The position numbers and the translations under genes are program-made. A DNA stretch of 64,000 bases from Malacoraja senta (Eukaryota): assembly GCA_038087875.1 (NCBI GenBank), contig JAXLNO010004592.1:186001-250000 (forward strand), in the 5' to 3' direction. This document shows positions 51,473-64,000 of the stretch, piece by piece (position 1 is the first letter of the stretch; every line of letters begins with the position of its first letter). Under the pieces are notes generated by a model that saw only the letters and a program-made list of their open reading frames with translations, was not told the DNA's origin and did no database searches.

Positions 51473-54400
51473 GTAAGGCAATACTTGGTTGACTTGGAAA
51501 ACCAGTTTATACAGACAGCAGCCTGGGATTTCGATTTCCCTCCTGGGATAAATAAAGTTCTATCGTATCGTAGATATTCTTTTTCAGAGTCATTCTTGTA
51601 ACGTTCCCCCAGCACCCCTACCAGCAACATGTCCCTAACATTACTGATACTATTTAGTCTGGAAATCATGACCTGGGAATCATGTTTTTTTTAATCTGAC
51701 GGGCTGCTGTCTGTATATATTTGTTTTGTAAATCTGCCCAGTTGTTATACAGGCTCCATTTATACATGAAGTGAATTAGATTTGTTGTCCTTTATTTTGG
51801 CTTGATATTTTAGTTAAAGTCGTGCAGTAAACAGGATCACAGAGAGTGATGTTCATATGATCATTATGAACTTCTGATCATAATGTTCTCAACATGGGCA
51901 TGGACACTTGTTAAAGCACCAGAATAGTAATCCAGAGATTAGCGATATCTATCAGAAGGGAAAACCCACCAGTAAGAAAATTAAAATTTCTTAATAAATT
52001 TGAATCTGAAAAAAGAAACAACAAATATTCTTCATAATGATGTTCTTGAAAACTACTGGATTGTTATAAAAAAAAAAAACCCATCTGGTTCACCAATGCC
52101 CTTGAGGGGAAAGCTATCATTCAGATGTGATTTGCAGGTGACTCCAGGCACACCCCATATGGTTAACTCTTAATTGCCAATGAAGTGGCCCAGTAAATCA
52201 TTCGGTTCCATTACAGTCAAACTTTAAATGTATGTTCTTGTACACATAATGATACAGAAGGAGAACCGTCGCTTCCTTGCCAAGCCCCTGGGAGCAATTA
52301 GTCCCTTCCCTCTCATTTCCCAGTAGCCCTTCAAATTATTCTCTCTCAAACATTCCTATCAACTTTTTCTTCGCTTCTAATTGCCAGTAAGTTACTGTAG
52401 CCAATTAACCTACCAGTATTTCATTAGAACCTGGGAGGAAACTGGGTCACTCAGTTGAAACTGGTGGTCATGGGGAGAGTGTGCCATCTCCACACAAACA
52501 GCATCCTAGGCCAGAATGGAACCAAGGTTCCCAAAGCTGTGAGATAACAGCACTGACTGCTGTGAAATGGTGTCTGTGGTAGAAAATTGGATGGGACAGC
52601 CTGGCATTGACTCGAGTATCGCAATGTCTAAGAAACATGTAGACAGGTTTTTCATGGATAAGACAGGTGGGCCAAATTCAGGCAGGTGGGACTACTGTAG
52701 ATGGGAAATGTTGGCAGGTGTGGGTAAGTTGGGCAAAAGGGCCTGTCTCCATGCTGTAAGACACTATGACTATTAAATCTGGATACAGCAAATGGCTCCC
52801 AAAAACATCAGACAAACACCTCCTCACAAAGATTTGCAGAGTGCATTGCCACTGACCATTCATTCAAAAACCCGACATAATCATACTTGCAGATTCATTC
52901 CTGGCAATGTACTAGATCTCCAACGCAATCCATGAGCATTATTATTAAACCAATCTTATTCAATGAGTAGAACAGTCTCACCAAAGACAAGAATTGATGC
53001 CACACCTCATAAATACACATGGCATCAGGACAGCCATGGACAAGGAAACCTCTTCCTGATTAGAACTTATCACCTTCACAATACCGTGGTGGTTAGTTTT
53101 GGTGTGAAGACAGGGCTTTGCACAAGGATTGTGCATTAATCGTTTCTACTAATAGGAGCATTGGCAGATCCATCTACTGCTGGTAAATGGTGAGGCATGG
53201 TCTAGGACGTATACGCAGTTATTTCAGTTTTGCCCTTCAGAACATGGCCTGGTCATTATAGTGATGCTACCTAATCACTTGGCTATGGATAATGAAATCC
53301 CTGCCCCCCAGAATACATTTGGTGCTCTTGCTATTATCAACGTTTCTCCCACCTCTGTCTAGTACACTTATAACATCAGCGTCTACCCGACAATATGAAA
53401 ACTGCCTTGCTGTGCTCTGTTTACAAAATGTAGGACAATCCCAACTGGCCAATCTATCTGTTCTCAATCATCTGGAAAGTGATGGGAGCTGTCATGGACA
53501 ATAGTATTATGCAACACTTAAATGCTGGTGCCAAGTTTGGATCTTGCCAAGGCAGCTTGACTTCAGGCCTAACCAAATATTGACCATCTATATTTGATCT
53601 TCTAGCCAAGCAAAACATCATTCATCCAGCCTGGAGCCCTGTTAGACACTTGCCAGCTTCATGGGACTTATACTTTCAAACTTGAGTCTATCCAATCCCT
53701 TCTAATTTAACAGGACTCAGTTTGGTGAACCTTTGTGTTGTTTTATTTTCTATGTCACATATATATTTTCCTGGGTAAGGTGACCAAAGGTGTACTGCTC
53801 CAAGCATGGTGTTTTTATTTAATTGATTGCAAAATACAGCATGGAAACACGCCCTTTGGTCTACTGAGTCCACTCTGACCATCAATCACCCGTTCACCCT
53901 GGCCTCAGCAAGAATCTGTATTCATGCCATTTTATTAATTTTGGATGAGGTTGCCCAGTGGAGAGCTCTTCTATTCTTCAAATTCATCCACGTGGTTACA
54001 TGGTAGGGCTTCCATTTAATGTCTTGCCCAAAAGGCAGCTTCCCCTCATTTCTGTAATTCGGTATCAACCTGAGATTTTGCTGCTCAAAACACTCAGTCT
54101 TTGTTTCCAAGATGCAAGAACTATATCGCTGAGCTATGACTTATTTAAAATGAGGATTAACTTATCCCAAACAATCGTTTTGTAGCTGGCTTACCAATTT
54201 ATGAAAATTCCCAGTCACTGTTACTTAATTCTTACCATGTAAATAGTGTGTTGATGTCAAATACCACCATCGCCAGGAGTGAATTAATGATATAGTTATC
54301 ACAGATCTAATTGGTCTGAAACCTGCAAAATATACCAGTACCCAAAAAGATTCCAAGCAGTAGTTTACAGACTTTAATATATTAATTATTTTATTCAACT

Positions 54401-54769
54401 TGTGGTCATGAAACAGGGCAAGTTTTGAAATGGGATTTGTGGCATGGCATCTGAAAAATTACCCTGAAAGTTGTTAAGGTGGTGAAAACTTATGGTGATA
54501 TCTTTTGTGGAGTGGTTGTCTGGGGGATAGGGGAATGTTTGCACATAATTGAAGTAAAACAAAAAGTGCTGGAAACACTCATCTGGTCAGGCGGCATCCA
54601 TGTAGAGAGAAGCAGATTTAATGTTTCAGCTCGGCAACCTTTCATTAGAACTGGGGGGAAAAAGCAACCTACAGGGTCTAGTGAGACAATGGGAGAGATG
54701 GATAGGACAAAGGTGAAGCCAGAGTTGTGTAGTGATATGCTGTTAACAAAGTTGCCCCATTGTTGGCCT

Positions 54770-55390
54770 TCATAACAAGAGAATTTCGGTATAGGAGTAA
54801 AGAGGTTCTTCTGCAGTTGTATAGGGCTCTGGTGAGACCACATCTGGAGTATTGTGTACAGTTTTGGTCTCCTAACTTGTGATTGAGGCAGTGCAGCGTA
54901 GGTTCACGAGATTGATCCTTGGGATGGCGGGACTGTCATATGAGGAAAGATTGAAAAGACTAGGCTTGTATTCACTGGAGTTTAGAAGGATGAGGGGGCA
55001 TCTTATAGAAACATATAAACTTATAAAAGGATTGGACAAGCTAGATGCAGGAAAAAATTTCCCAATGATGGGCGAGTCCTGAACCAGGGGCCACAGTCTT
55101 AGAATAAAGGGGAGGTCATTTAAGACTGAGGTGAGAAAAAACGTTTTCACCCAGAGAGTTGTGAATTTATAGAATTCCCGGCCACAGAGGGCAGTGGAGG
55201 CCAAGTCACTGGATGGATTTAAGAGAGAGTTAGATAGAGCTCTAGGGGCTAGTGGAGTCAAGGGATATGGGGAGAAGGCAGGCACGGGTTATTGATAGGG
55301 GACGATCAGCCATGATCACAATGAATGGCGGTGCTGGCTCGAAGGGCTGAATGGCCTCCTCCTGCACCTATTTTCTATGTTTCTATGATA
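54770..55390 (+). mobile_element. CR1 LINE 3' end
   Basis: EAVQRRFTRLILGMAGLSYEERLKRLGLYSLEFRRMRG and a 3' tail nearly identical to 45775-46295. Confidence 0.9.
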
Positions 55391-56458
55391 GACTAATGCT
55401 GGCAGTCAGCAAGAAAGGAAATGGAGAAAGAGACAGGTAAAAGCTATAAACTGGAGGCCAGAGCAGTTGCAGAGAACTTAAACCCAATGGAAAATATTGG
55501 AAATTGGGTAACGCCTCTGGAGAGTGAAAAACTTGGTTAATATTGCAGATGATTTAGCCAATTCTCATACAGGGAAAGCTTGAAATTGTAAAATTTTATC
55601 TGGGGTCCCAAAGTCTGCAAAATGTTTAGGTGGAAGATAGACACAAAAAGCTCAAGAAGACTCAGTCTGAAGAAGTGATCGACCCAAAACGTCACCCATT
55701 CCTTCTCTCCAGAGATGCTGCCTGTCCCGCTGAGTTACTCCAGCTTTTTGTGTCTATTTTCGGTTTAAACCAGCACCTTCAGTTTCTTCTTACACAAATG
55801 TTTAGGTGGGACTGGTGTTGTTCTGCTGGCCCTTTTGAATACATCTACACAAGTGTAACTTGTTGGTGATGAAACTTTGATCTCAAATGGTCATTTTTAC
55901 CTCTCCATAGATACTGCCTGACTTGCTGAGCATATCTGGTATTTTTTTTAATTTAAGAATTACAATGGTTTAGCTCACCACAACATTCTCAAGAGAAATT
56001 ATGGAACAACAATAAATGGAATTGCAAATAATACCTTGATTCCATAGAAATACATGTTTATGAATGTGTCTATTCAGTGTGTGGCAAGTAGGCAGTTACT
56101 TTGTATGAAAGATTACTGCTGCAAAATACTTTGCATAAGTCCGGGAACAGTCCTTGCATGTTTAATAGATGCAAGGGCATTTTATTCTGCATCTATTTCA
56201 GATGTTCAGCATTTGCTGATTTTTCAATTTTAATTTCTGCATACATTTGGTCCAACCTACAAAAAGCAATAATTAACCTCAAGCCCTATTTTAAGCTGGT
56301 TCTCCTCTGGGTTGTATGAATTCATTTAAATGTATAGGTTAGTTTAGTGTTTGAATATTTCTACTGAAGCACAATTATGCTTAGAGAGTGTTTTGTTTAA
56401 AAAATATATGTTGTTTTTCCTGGTTTTAACGTTTCTTGTTTAATCTCTTCCTTTCCAG

Positions 56459-56587
56459 GATGTGGGGATATGGTATATTTTCCACCGTAACCCTACTGGA
56501 GAATCTGTGGGTCAATTTCCAGATGGCCAGTCAGAGTTTACCCCCTTGGGAATATTTTACAACAACAGGGTACATTCTAACTTCAAG
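56459..56587 (+). CDS. CEMIP2-like exon
   Basis: ctttccag| DVGIWYIFHRNPTGESVG...TPLGIFYNNRVHSNFK |gtgtgt. Confidence 0.93.
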
Positions 56588-56756
56588 GTGTGTATACTCT
56601 GCTACAATAAGAGCATGTAACAATGATTTATTTTGCACATATTTTTTATTTCAAAATAAGATTTCCAATTATTGTTGTGAACTATTAAAAAATATAGCCT
56701 GTAGGCACACTAGTGTGTTCTATGCCTAGGTTTAGATTTCAACCCAATTTTTTTAG

Positions 56757-56970
56757 ATTAGTTTGGAAATGCAACATGGAAACAGGCCCCTTCAGTCCAC
56801 TGAGTCCACTCCAGCTATCGATCACCTGTACACTACGTCATCCCACTTTTGCATCTTACACACTAGGGGCAATTTACAGAAGGCAATACACCTACAAACC
56901 TGCATGCCTTTGGAAAGTGGGAGGAAACCGGAGCACCTGGAGAAACCCCACGCAATCACCGGGAAAACAT
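56757..56970 (-). mobile_element. tRNA-derived SINE, reverse orientation (another at ~52255-52562)
   Basis: Reverse complement of the SINE core (ggaaaccggagcacctggagaaacccc). Confidence 0.7.
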
Positions 56971-58711
56971 ACTAACTGGATATCTTGCTGAGAGATGAGT
57001 CACGAACATTAATGTCAAGGGTAATGTCAGATCTCAAAAGTTCCGTGCAGTGGACGCTCCCTACATTATTGTCCATTCCTCACTTACAGTTGGTATACTC
57101 TTGGGTGAAGAAGGGTCTCGACCTGAAACGTCACCCATTCCTTCTCTCCAGAGATGCTGCCTGTCCTGCTGAGTTACTCCAGTATTTTATGTCTACCTTC
57201 GATTAAACTAGTATCTGCAGTTCTTTCCTACTCTTGGGTGTTTAGACCATTGATTGTCTTATTAACAGTGTGTGTTATCGGTGTTGGATAGCCTATGCTC
57301 TTCCTCCTGTTTTTTGGGTCAAGTGTTTTGTGTTCTGAGCCACCTTATATTTAAAGAGTTGCTTTTTAAAATCACAGTGGTGTTTCTAATCCCAAAACAC
57401 CGTACAGTCGAGGTTGGTTAACTCTTGGATCCTCAATTGATTCTTACAAGCCTGCCCTGGTACGTCTTGGTAGAAAAGCCCAAAGTCTTTCAAAAGGTGC
57501 TAATTAAAGCTCTTGTTGTTTGTGGGGTCATCAGATTGTACGTAAGGTGCTGTCTGAATAGTCATCTTTTGTGCCGTACTTGGAAATTCCCAAGTTATTT
57601 GTTTCTTGTGGCTGTATTGCTTTGTGCCTGGTGGTTTTAGGTAATGCTGAATCCAACTGACATCGCCTTTGTGGTTTCCAGTTTGGAGAGTGATGTAATC
57701 AAACTGCTGCCTATGACAAGATCATGGGGAATTCCTTAAAGCCTTGTGATTGTCTCTGACAAAATAGGTTGTTGATTTTGACAAGTCTGCGCTTCAAGCA
57801 ATTTGTCAGGAGGATTCTGTTGGATTGATCTTTCCCTACTCCCTCCTTGTAAATTCTGTCTTGCTACCAGATTGTCTCCAGCATTGAGGTTATCCAGGAA
57901 GATTGCTTTGTCTCATATTTTCTAACAGCCAGGGCGTTTTCATGATTTCTTGAGCAGAAGTCCTCTTTGGGTTTGCCCGTAGTTCCCAATGTGGGGGGGA
58001 CATCCGTGCTGATGACCCTAGAGTATTAGTTCCATGATTGAGCTAGTGGGAGAGGCACGCGGCATTCACATACTCTACAGGGGTAATCTTTGAGATACCA
58101 ACCTGACACATTTTCCACTAGCATTGGTAGCATTCCATTAACTTCCCTAATTACTTGCTTTCTAGCCCATTGAGAATCATGCATAAACACGCCGATCTCG
58201 GCATTTCAGAACGCGACTGTCTCTCACTATTCAGATAAAATTCTCCTCCTTTATTTTTCTTGCCAAAATGGTCAGTTTCCCATTTTCCCACATTATAATC
58301 CACTTGGTAGAACACCAAATCCATCTCTAACCTTTCTCTGTCTGCTTCACGACATCTCTGTGCCATCATCAAATTGAGCTGTTTTAGCTTTTGGTATCGT
58401 GATCCAAGTCATTTACTGTGTTTGCATAGTAAACAAGAATTATGGCACCAACACCAATTGCGTTGGCACCTTGCTCATTGCATCTTGCCAATCAGAAAAA
58501 GCCTAGTGTGCCTAGTGTTTTCTGCTAGTCAACTCACTTTTGCTGTATATTATCTTTTTGAAATACCCAATCCTCCAGAAAAGAAGAGGGAGTTTCTGTA
58601 GTTGTTAATTCTACTCAGTGTTACTAATGTGTGTTTTATTATAGTGCCAGGCTGGAATGTTGGGATTATTATCTCCAGTGATTTATTGATTTCTGGTCTC
58701 CTTTCCCGCAG

Positions 58712-58797
58712 GCTGGACTTTTCATTGACAGTGGAGTGAAGACAACCAAATGCAATGACAATGATCCCAGGGAAATTCTTGCACTGGACTTTGCAAG
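58712..58797 (+). CDS. CEMIP2-like exon
   Basis: ttcccgcag| AGLFIDSGVKTTKCNDNDPREILALDFA |gtatag. Confidence 0.92.
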
Positions 58798-59674
58798 GTA
58801 TAGCGGAATTAAATATTTCAGAAGATTGATTTACTTCTGTGTAAAGGTCTTTCCATAATAAACACTGGGGCTAGTTTATTGAACTAGTAATGCTTGCTAG
58901 CATGATATCACCCTGGGAAATTTGATATAAACTCTATGCAAATGAATCCAACTTATAAGCATTAATTTTTCCAATGCTTGAAGCATTTTTAAATTGAACG
59001 AAACAGATTCCATGTAAGCATTATTTCAGGAGAAATTATGCAAGTTGTGTTCACTGGTGAGTTTTGATGCTTATTTGCAGCCTCTTCCTTGTGGGAACTA
59101 AATAGCTGATTACTTCCCCTGCAAGATCTGGCTATTTGTTAGGAAATGATTTCATTCAGCCAATATTTTTTCGTGCTTGTTTTGATAACATACAGCTTCC
59201 TTACTCTGTCAAAGCAGGGTCAAATGCTGGAGATTGGTGTTTGTTTTTGGCATTGGGTATTATTGTTTGATACCACCAGTTGCTAGTAAGAGGGAGGTAA
59301 GAGTGTGGAATTAAGGGAGAAGGTCAGCGTTGGGGAATCTCTCAGTGGGTTGACGCTTTAAAAAAATAGGAAGGGGGAAAGGAGAACTCAATAGCTGGGA
59401 CGTTGTCAACTGGGAGTCAGTAATGAAGATTGGACCAAGAAGCCATTAGATATATTGAGGTGCATGGGGCAGAATTAACTGTTGGGTATTTTGAAGATTG
59501 GGATTGGAAAGAGTGTAGAGACAGAATGATAAAGAGTTGTTTCTCACTACTGGCATTGACAACATAGTAATGAAGCTGGGTTAGGTCAGTTGTCAAGGGA
59601 ATGAGATAAGCGAGGTTCTTGACTGATGACCCAATAGAGAGCTTGATAAAATTATCACTTGGTGTAATGGAGAC

Positions 59675-59900
59675 TTGCAGCACAAAAACAGGCCCATCAA
59701 CCTAACTCGTTCATGCCAATCGGGATGCCCCATCTAAGCAAGTCCAATTTACCCTTGTTTGGTTTATAGCCCTCTAAATCCTTCCTATCCATGTACCTAT
59801 CCAAATGTCTTTTAAATGTTATTGTACCTAGTTCAACTACTTTCTCTGGTAGCTTGTTCCATGTACTAGCCACCCTGTTTGAAAAGGTCATTCCTCGGGG
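59675..59900 (-). mobile_element. CR1 LINE 3' end (similar copy at ~2030-2370)
   Basis: WNKLPEKVVE.GTITFKRHLDRYM motif. Confidence 0.8.
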
Positions 59901-60199
59901 ATGATACCAAGTAAACAAAAAATATTCTGCTTTAAAATTCACAGTTTCTTCAGAATATCTTGCAACAATACGAGTAAAACTGCATTGTTCTAGCGATAAG
60001 TGCCAACATACAGTGGAGTACAGATAGATATATCTGCTGCTGTGAAGCTTAAATAATAAATAATGAATATTGTGGGTTCACATGTAATCAATAATGTGTA
60101 TAAAATATTGAATCATTCTCTTACCATTCTGGCATATATTGCCAGCAACAGCCATTGGATCTTCTAATAACATGCTCCATGTGCAGCAAGAAGAGTCTA

Positions 60200-60750
60200 A
60201 AGGGCCTGTCCCACGGGCATGCGACTCCATGCGGCAAGCGCGACCTAACCGGAAGCGGGGGCCGCGCGGAGGTCGCAGGGCCGGTCCCACTTCGATCGCC
60301 GGAGCCGTATGGAGTTGTGCGGAGCTGGTCCACACATGGCGCGGGGCTCCGAAAAACTGACACTGTTCAAAAATTCCTCGCGGCAACGGCCTGCCGCCCC
60401 GCAGCCGCATCGAGGCCGTGCGCGCCGCATCGACGGCCGTGCGCACCGCCTCGAAGCCGTATGCAGCCGCCTTAAGGCCGTGCGCACCGCCTCGACGTCG
60501 TACGCAGCCGCATCGAGGCCGTATGCACCGCCTCAACGGCCGTGCGCACCACCCCGACACCGTACGCACCGTCTTGACGTCACTCGACCTCCGCGGGGCC
60601 CCCGCTTCCGGTTTGGTAGCGCTTGCCGCATGCAGCCGCATGCTGGTGGGACAGGCCCTGTCCGGGGATCACTCGACCTCCGTGCGGCCCCCCGCTTCCG
60701 GTTAGGTCGCGCTTGCCGCATGGAGTCGCATGCCCGTGGGACAGGCCCTT
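60200..60750. mobile_element. GC-rich non-autonomous DNA transposon (MITE) with ~75-bp terminal inverted repeats
   Basis: aagggcctgtcccacgggcatgcgactccatgcggcaagcgcgacctaaccggaagcggggg at the left end and its reverse complement at the right end. Flanked by TA. Internal ~20-bp tandem units. Confidence 0.85.
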
Positions 60751-61125
60751 TATTTACCATTCAACTGTTGTTTTTATTATTTATAATCTCCAATTTTCTT
60801 GATGTTTACACTTTGCTGCAAACATATTTGGCATAATATGCAATGATTGCTTCATTTTATTTTGGCTGAAATCATGTAACAAGAAAAGATTTGTCATTTA
60901 ATGATTTATTTATATGGCTTTAAATATCTTATGCTCAACTGATAATGAAGGATTAATAATTAATTAGTGTTTAAAACTGTTGTATTTAGCCTTCTGTTCC
61001 CGCTGAATCTTGGTTTCTGATGTCTATTCATTCCTTGGGCCTCAGTGTCTGCCTTCTGTTTTCAATAGTTTATGTCTCAAGAACCGTGACAGATCTGTAA
61101 CTTCTGCTCTGTATCTTTGACATAG

Positions 61126-61257
61126 GTTTCGCCCTCATCAAAATGCTGACCCAAGGCAGCCACGTGTTCCTGCTGTTATTGATGGTCTTATAGCTTTTAA
61201 AAACAATGAGCAAGGAGCTTGGGCTAGAGGGGGAGACATTATATTCCGCAACTCTGG
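61126..61257 (+). CDS. CEMIP2-like exon
   Basis: catag| RFRPHQNADPRQPRVPAVIDGLIAFKNNEQGAWARGGDIIFRNS |gtaagt. Confidence 0.93.
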
Positions 61258-61551
61258 GTAAGTTCTGTTATATGCTGGAACATGTCTTTGCAACAGAAAA
61301 TATCTTTGATATATATAGAAGCATTGAATGAATTACTAGAGATGGTGTATCTCAGTCACTGAGCTAGAGGTTCCACTGCTGATGCTGCATGCACGGTACT
61401 GAAGATATAATGCAGAGGTAATTACTACGGCTATACAAAACAATTAGCTGATCACATATGTTTCACAAAGGATTTGATATTATGTTGCTTGCTGTATAAT
61501 GTAAGATGCATGAAATTCTGGAATGTGACCCCATTCTCTTTGCTTCTGTAG

Positions 61552-61587
61552 GTTCTCCGATAATGGGATAGGTCTGACTCTAGCAAG
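61552..61587 (+). CDS. CEMIP2-like 36-nt microexon; gene continues beyond the window
   Basis: ttctgtag| (G)FSDNGIGLTLA(S) |gtaatc, matching the family motif F.DNGIGLT.AS. Confidence 0.9.
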
Positions 61588-62131
61588 GTAATCTTGATTT
61601 TCTAATTTTTTGGTGACGAGCTTATCTGATCAAATCATTTTGGGTTAAAAACCAATATGTGCAGGAACAATGCTTATCAATTTCCAATCCCAACAGATTC
61701 AAAAATCATGGTACTGATAAAGGTCATAGACCTGGAATGTTAATGGTTCTGTTGCCACACATGCTGCCCAGCATTTCCAGTATTTTCAAGTTTCAGGTAG
61801 TCTTTGTTTGCAGTTGGTTTAGTGACAAGATTCCTGAGGATCATTCAATCCATTATAACATCTTTTCTGAAATGAAAAATTCTCGCAAATATATGGCCTT
61901 GCTCAGGATGATACAAAGTGTTATAGTTATTCCGATGAAAAAGTTATTGTAAATGTGATCAATAATTTCCAATACAATAGTGGCAAGTGTACAGTGTAAG
62001 ATGTTTAATATTCTAAATGAATTCTGTTTTATACAATTGTTAAACTATGCAAATCTGGCAAGATTTTTTTTTTTTTACATTTGTTGTAAAGGAAAATTAG
62101 GTAGAAAAATAATTATCCTAATCCCAACAAT

Positions 62132-62359
62132 GTTTAAGAAGGAACTGCAGATGCAGGAAAATCAAAGGTAGACAAAAATGCTGGTGAAACTCAGCGGTGA
62201 GGCAACATCTATGGAGCGAAGGAAATAGGCGACGTTTCGGGTCGAGACCCTTCTTGAGACTGATCAGTCTGAAGAAGGGTCTCGACCCGAAATGTCACCT
62301 ATTTCCTTCGCTCCTTAGATGCTGCCTCACCTGCTGAGTTTCTCCAGCATTTTTGTCTA
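62132..62359. mobile_element. Palindromic Penelope-derived mini element with 15-bp TSD and two opposed hammerhead-like cores
   Basis: TSD cctaatcccaacaat at 62117-62131 and 62360-62374; inverted arms centred near 62263. Confidence 0.8.
62269..62296 (+). ncRNA. Minimal hammerhead-ribozyme-like core (CUGAAGA-a-GGGUcucgACCC-GAAA-U-GUC)
   Basis: CUGANGA, stem II, GAAA and NUH in correct order inside a Penelope 3' end. Helix I pairing is weak. Confidence 0.55.
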
Positions 62360-64000
62360 CCTAATCCCAACAATAAGCAGTTATGCCATGAAGTGCAATA
62401 AAATATAGAACAATTGAAAACATAACTAAATCTCTCAACGTGTAACTGGGTTTGACTTTGCCAATTTGGTTTGGCCTGCTTATTGGCCAAGGTCAACACC
62501 GTATAAGATCCCATAATGTTGTTGCCACTTCGCTCAGATCCTGCAATTGCTCTGCTTTTGTGCTCTGGTAGTTCCTCCAATTGCTTTTCTGCAACATATG
62601 TAATCTTCAAAGCATCCTTTGCTTAGAGAGACACGGTATCTATAAGCATAAACAAATAACTCATGAGAGAATGTATTTAAGTGTGTTAGGAGAGTACTGT
62701 TGACCAAAACGCTGGGACAATGTACATGGTGACATCCAACTCTGCTTTAGTCTCATCTAATACATCATTGACAATGCAGCAACCTCAACCTTGTGATGTT
62801 CATGGAATCAGAGTGGGCTGTTTATGTCCTCATGTTAAACCTATCAGTTCACATGTTTATCCTTGATTTTCTACCTCTGTGTTGCTATTCTGCACTAGCC
62901 CCACATCCCATGGTTTATTTTAATATCTAAAGAGCTATTGATCTCTGCCTTGAACATACTTAGTGACTGGGAGACACAAGTTTGGAAGTTTGAGTTTTAA
63001 AAAAACCAGTGCTGGATGAACTCAGTGGGTCAGGCAGCATCAGAGGGAAGTGGACAGATGAAATTTCAGGTAGGGACCATTCATGATGGAATGGGGGGAG
63101 AAAATGGCATTGAAGGGGATGTGATGGAGTGCAGCAAGCGGCAGAAAAATGTTTGCTTTTGATTTGTTTTTTGTTGGCATTAAATTGGAAATGGAGAATA
63201 AATTGGAGAACTGATATAATTCAAGCTAATTCTATTAATTTGAAAGTGGCATTTGGTGAATTCAAGAAAGCTATTGACTCTGATGAATCTGAAAAACAAG
63301 TGGTTAAAAAGACGCCAATCCCAATGAATACCTGGCTAAATTATTATAATTTTGGCGAGGGTCTCTGCAGAACGTAGGAACTGATTTTTCATGGTGACAA
63401 GATTTTCATGGGTACAGAACATGAACAATCAAAGTTATTATTTTCCTACTTTGCAACTTGAGATACTTCATTTCCCAGGAAGCACAACAGTGTTTATGAT
63501 GCAAGGGCTTGAGAGAACAGGCCGTTTGGTGGTAGTGTGTAAAGTGCTACTTTTGTGAATTGCAAATGATGGAAGGAACAAGAATCCTAATTTGTTTAAT
63601 TAGCTGCCGTTGAGTGGAATTAGTAAATTATTCTAACATCGAAGGATCAATGCAGAAAGTCTCTATCAACCCATAATTTCCTACTTTTCACACTAAAATG
63701 GGAAGATTCCATATTGGAAGCATATTTATCATGTAACTCTGTGATTGTTGTTTGCTTATTGTTGACTTAAGGATTGAAAATAGTTGCCAATTGATTGATG
63801 TCTCTTCCTATATAAGTTAGTTAGCATTATGGACCAGTTGATAAGATAGTCAGCCGACATATAATGGGAGGATATTGTGGACTTAACCATCTTTTACAAG
63901 AGTGGTTTAGAACCTCCCCACTTCTAGTGAGTACTCTGCTAGATGTTAACAGAATTTGCACTTTAGTATCAGTCTGCAATCCCTGCCATTGTGTCAAAAG

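Noticed and set aside
60400-60575. CRISPR-like repeat array
   Set aside because: Eukaryotic context, and the units are degenerate tandem repeats without unique spacers.
60078-60836. Several overlapping Arg/Ala/Pro-rich ORFs
   Set aside because: They arise from the GC-rich palindromic MITE; no transposase motifs.
36731-61587. Naming the gene CEMIP (by synteny) or CEMIP2 (by similarity)
   Set aside because: Synteny and architecture disagree and orthology needs a phylogeny, so no symbol was assigned.

Overview
Eukaryotic genomic DNA, AT-rich and intron-dominated. The repeat repertoire (tRNA-headed SINEs with CR1-like tails, CR1 LINEs, Penelope-like fragments) suggests a cartilaginous fish, probably a skate or ray; this is an inference. 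Three + strand coding units are visible. (1) The last coding exon and 3' UTR of ABHD17C (3016-3235). (2) A run of unrecognised but phase-compatible exons between about 7.2 and 25.6 kb. They encode a type II membrane N-terminus (KKRRR followed by a TM helix), a 162-codon luminal exon with a furin-type KRFVR/S site and a predicted helical domain, and a 48-nt basic exon. (3) Twelve exons (36731-61587, about 696 codons, continuing past the window) of a CEMIP2/TMEM2-like hyaluronidase-family gene, preceded by its own CCAAT/GC/TATA promoter at about 36 kb. The main hypothesis is that (2) is the N-terminus of (3). That would give a third CEMIP-family paralogue at the ABHD17C locus that could be made as a membrane-tethered, convertase-sheddable enzyme, as an anchorless isoform from the internal promoter, or as a short enzyme-less protein via an alternative terminal exon. 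The introns contain Penelope-derived palindromes with hammerhead-ribozyme-like cores, a young GC-rich MITE and a Helitron-like end. Gene models come from manual splice and phase reading and need RNA evidence. Repeat boundaries are approximate.
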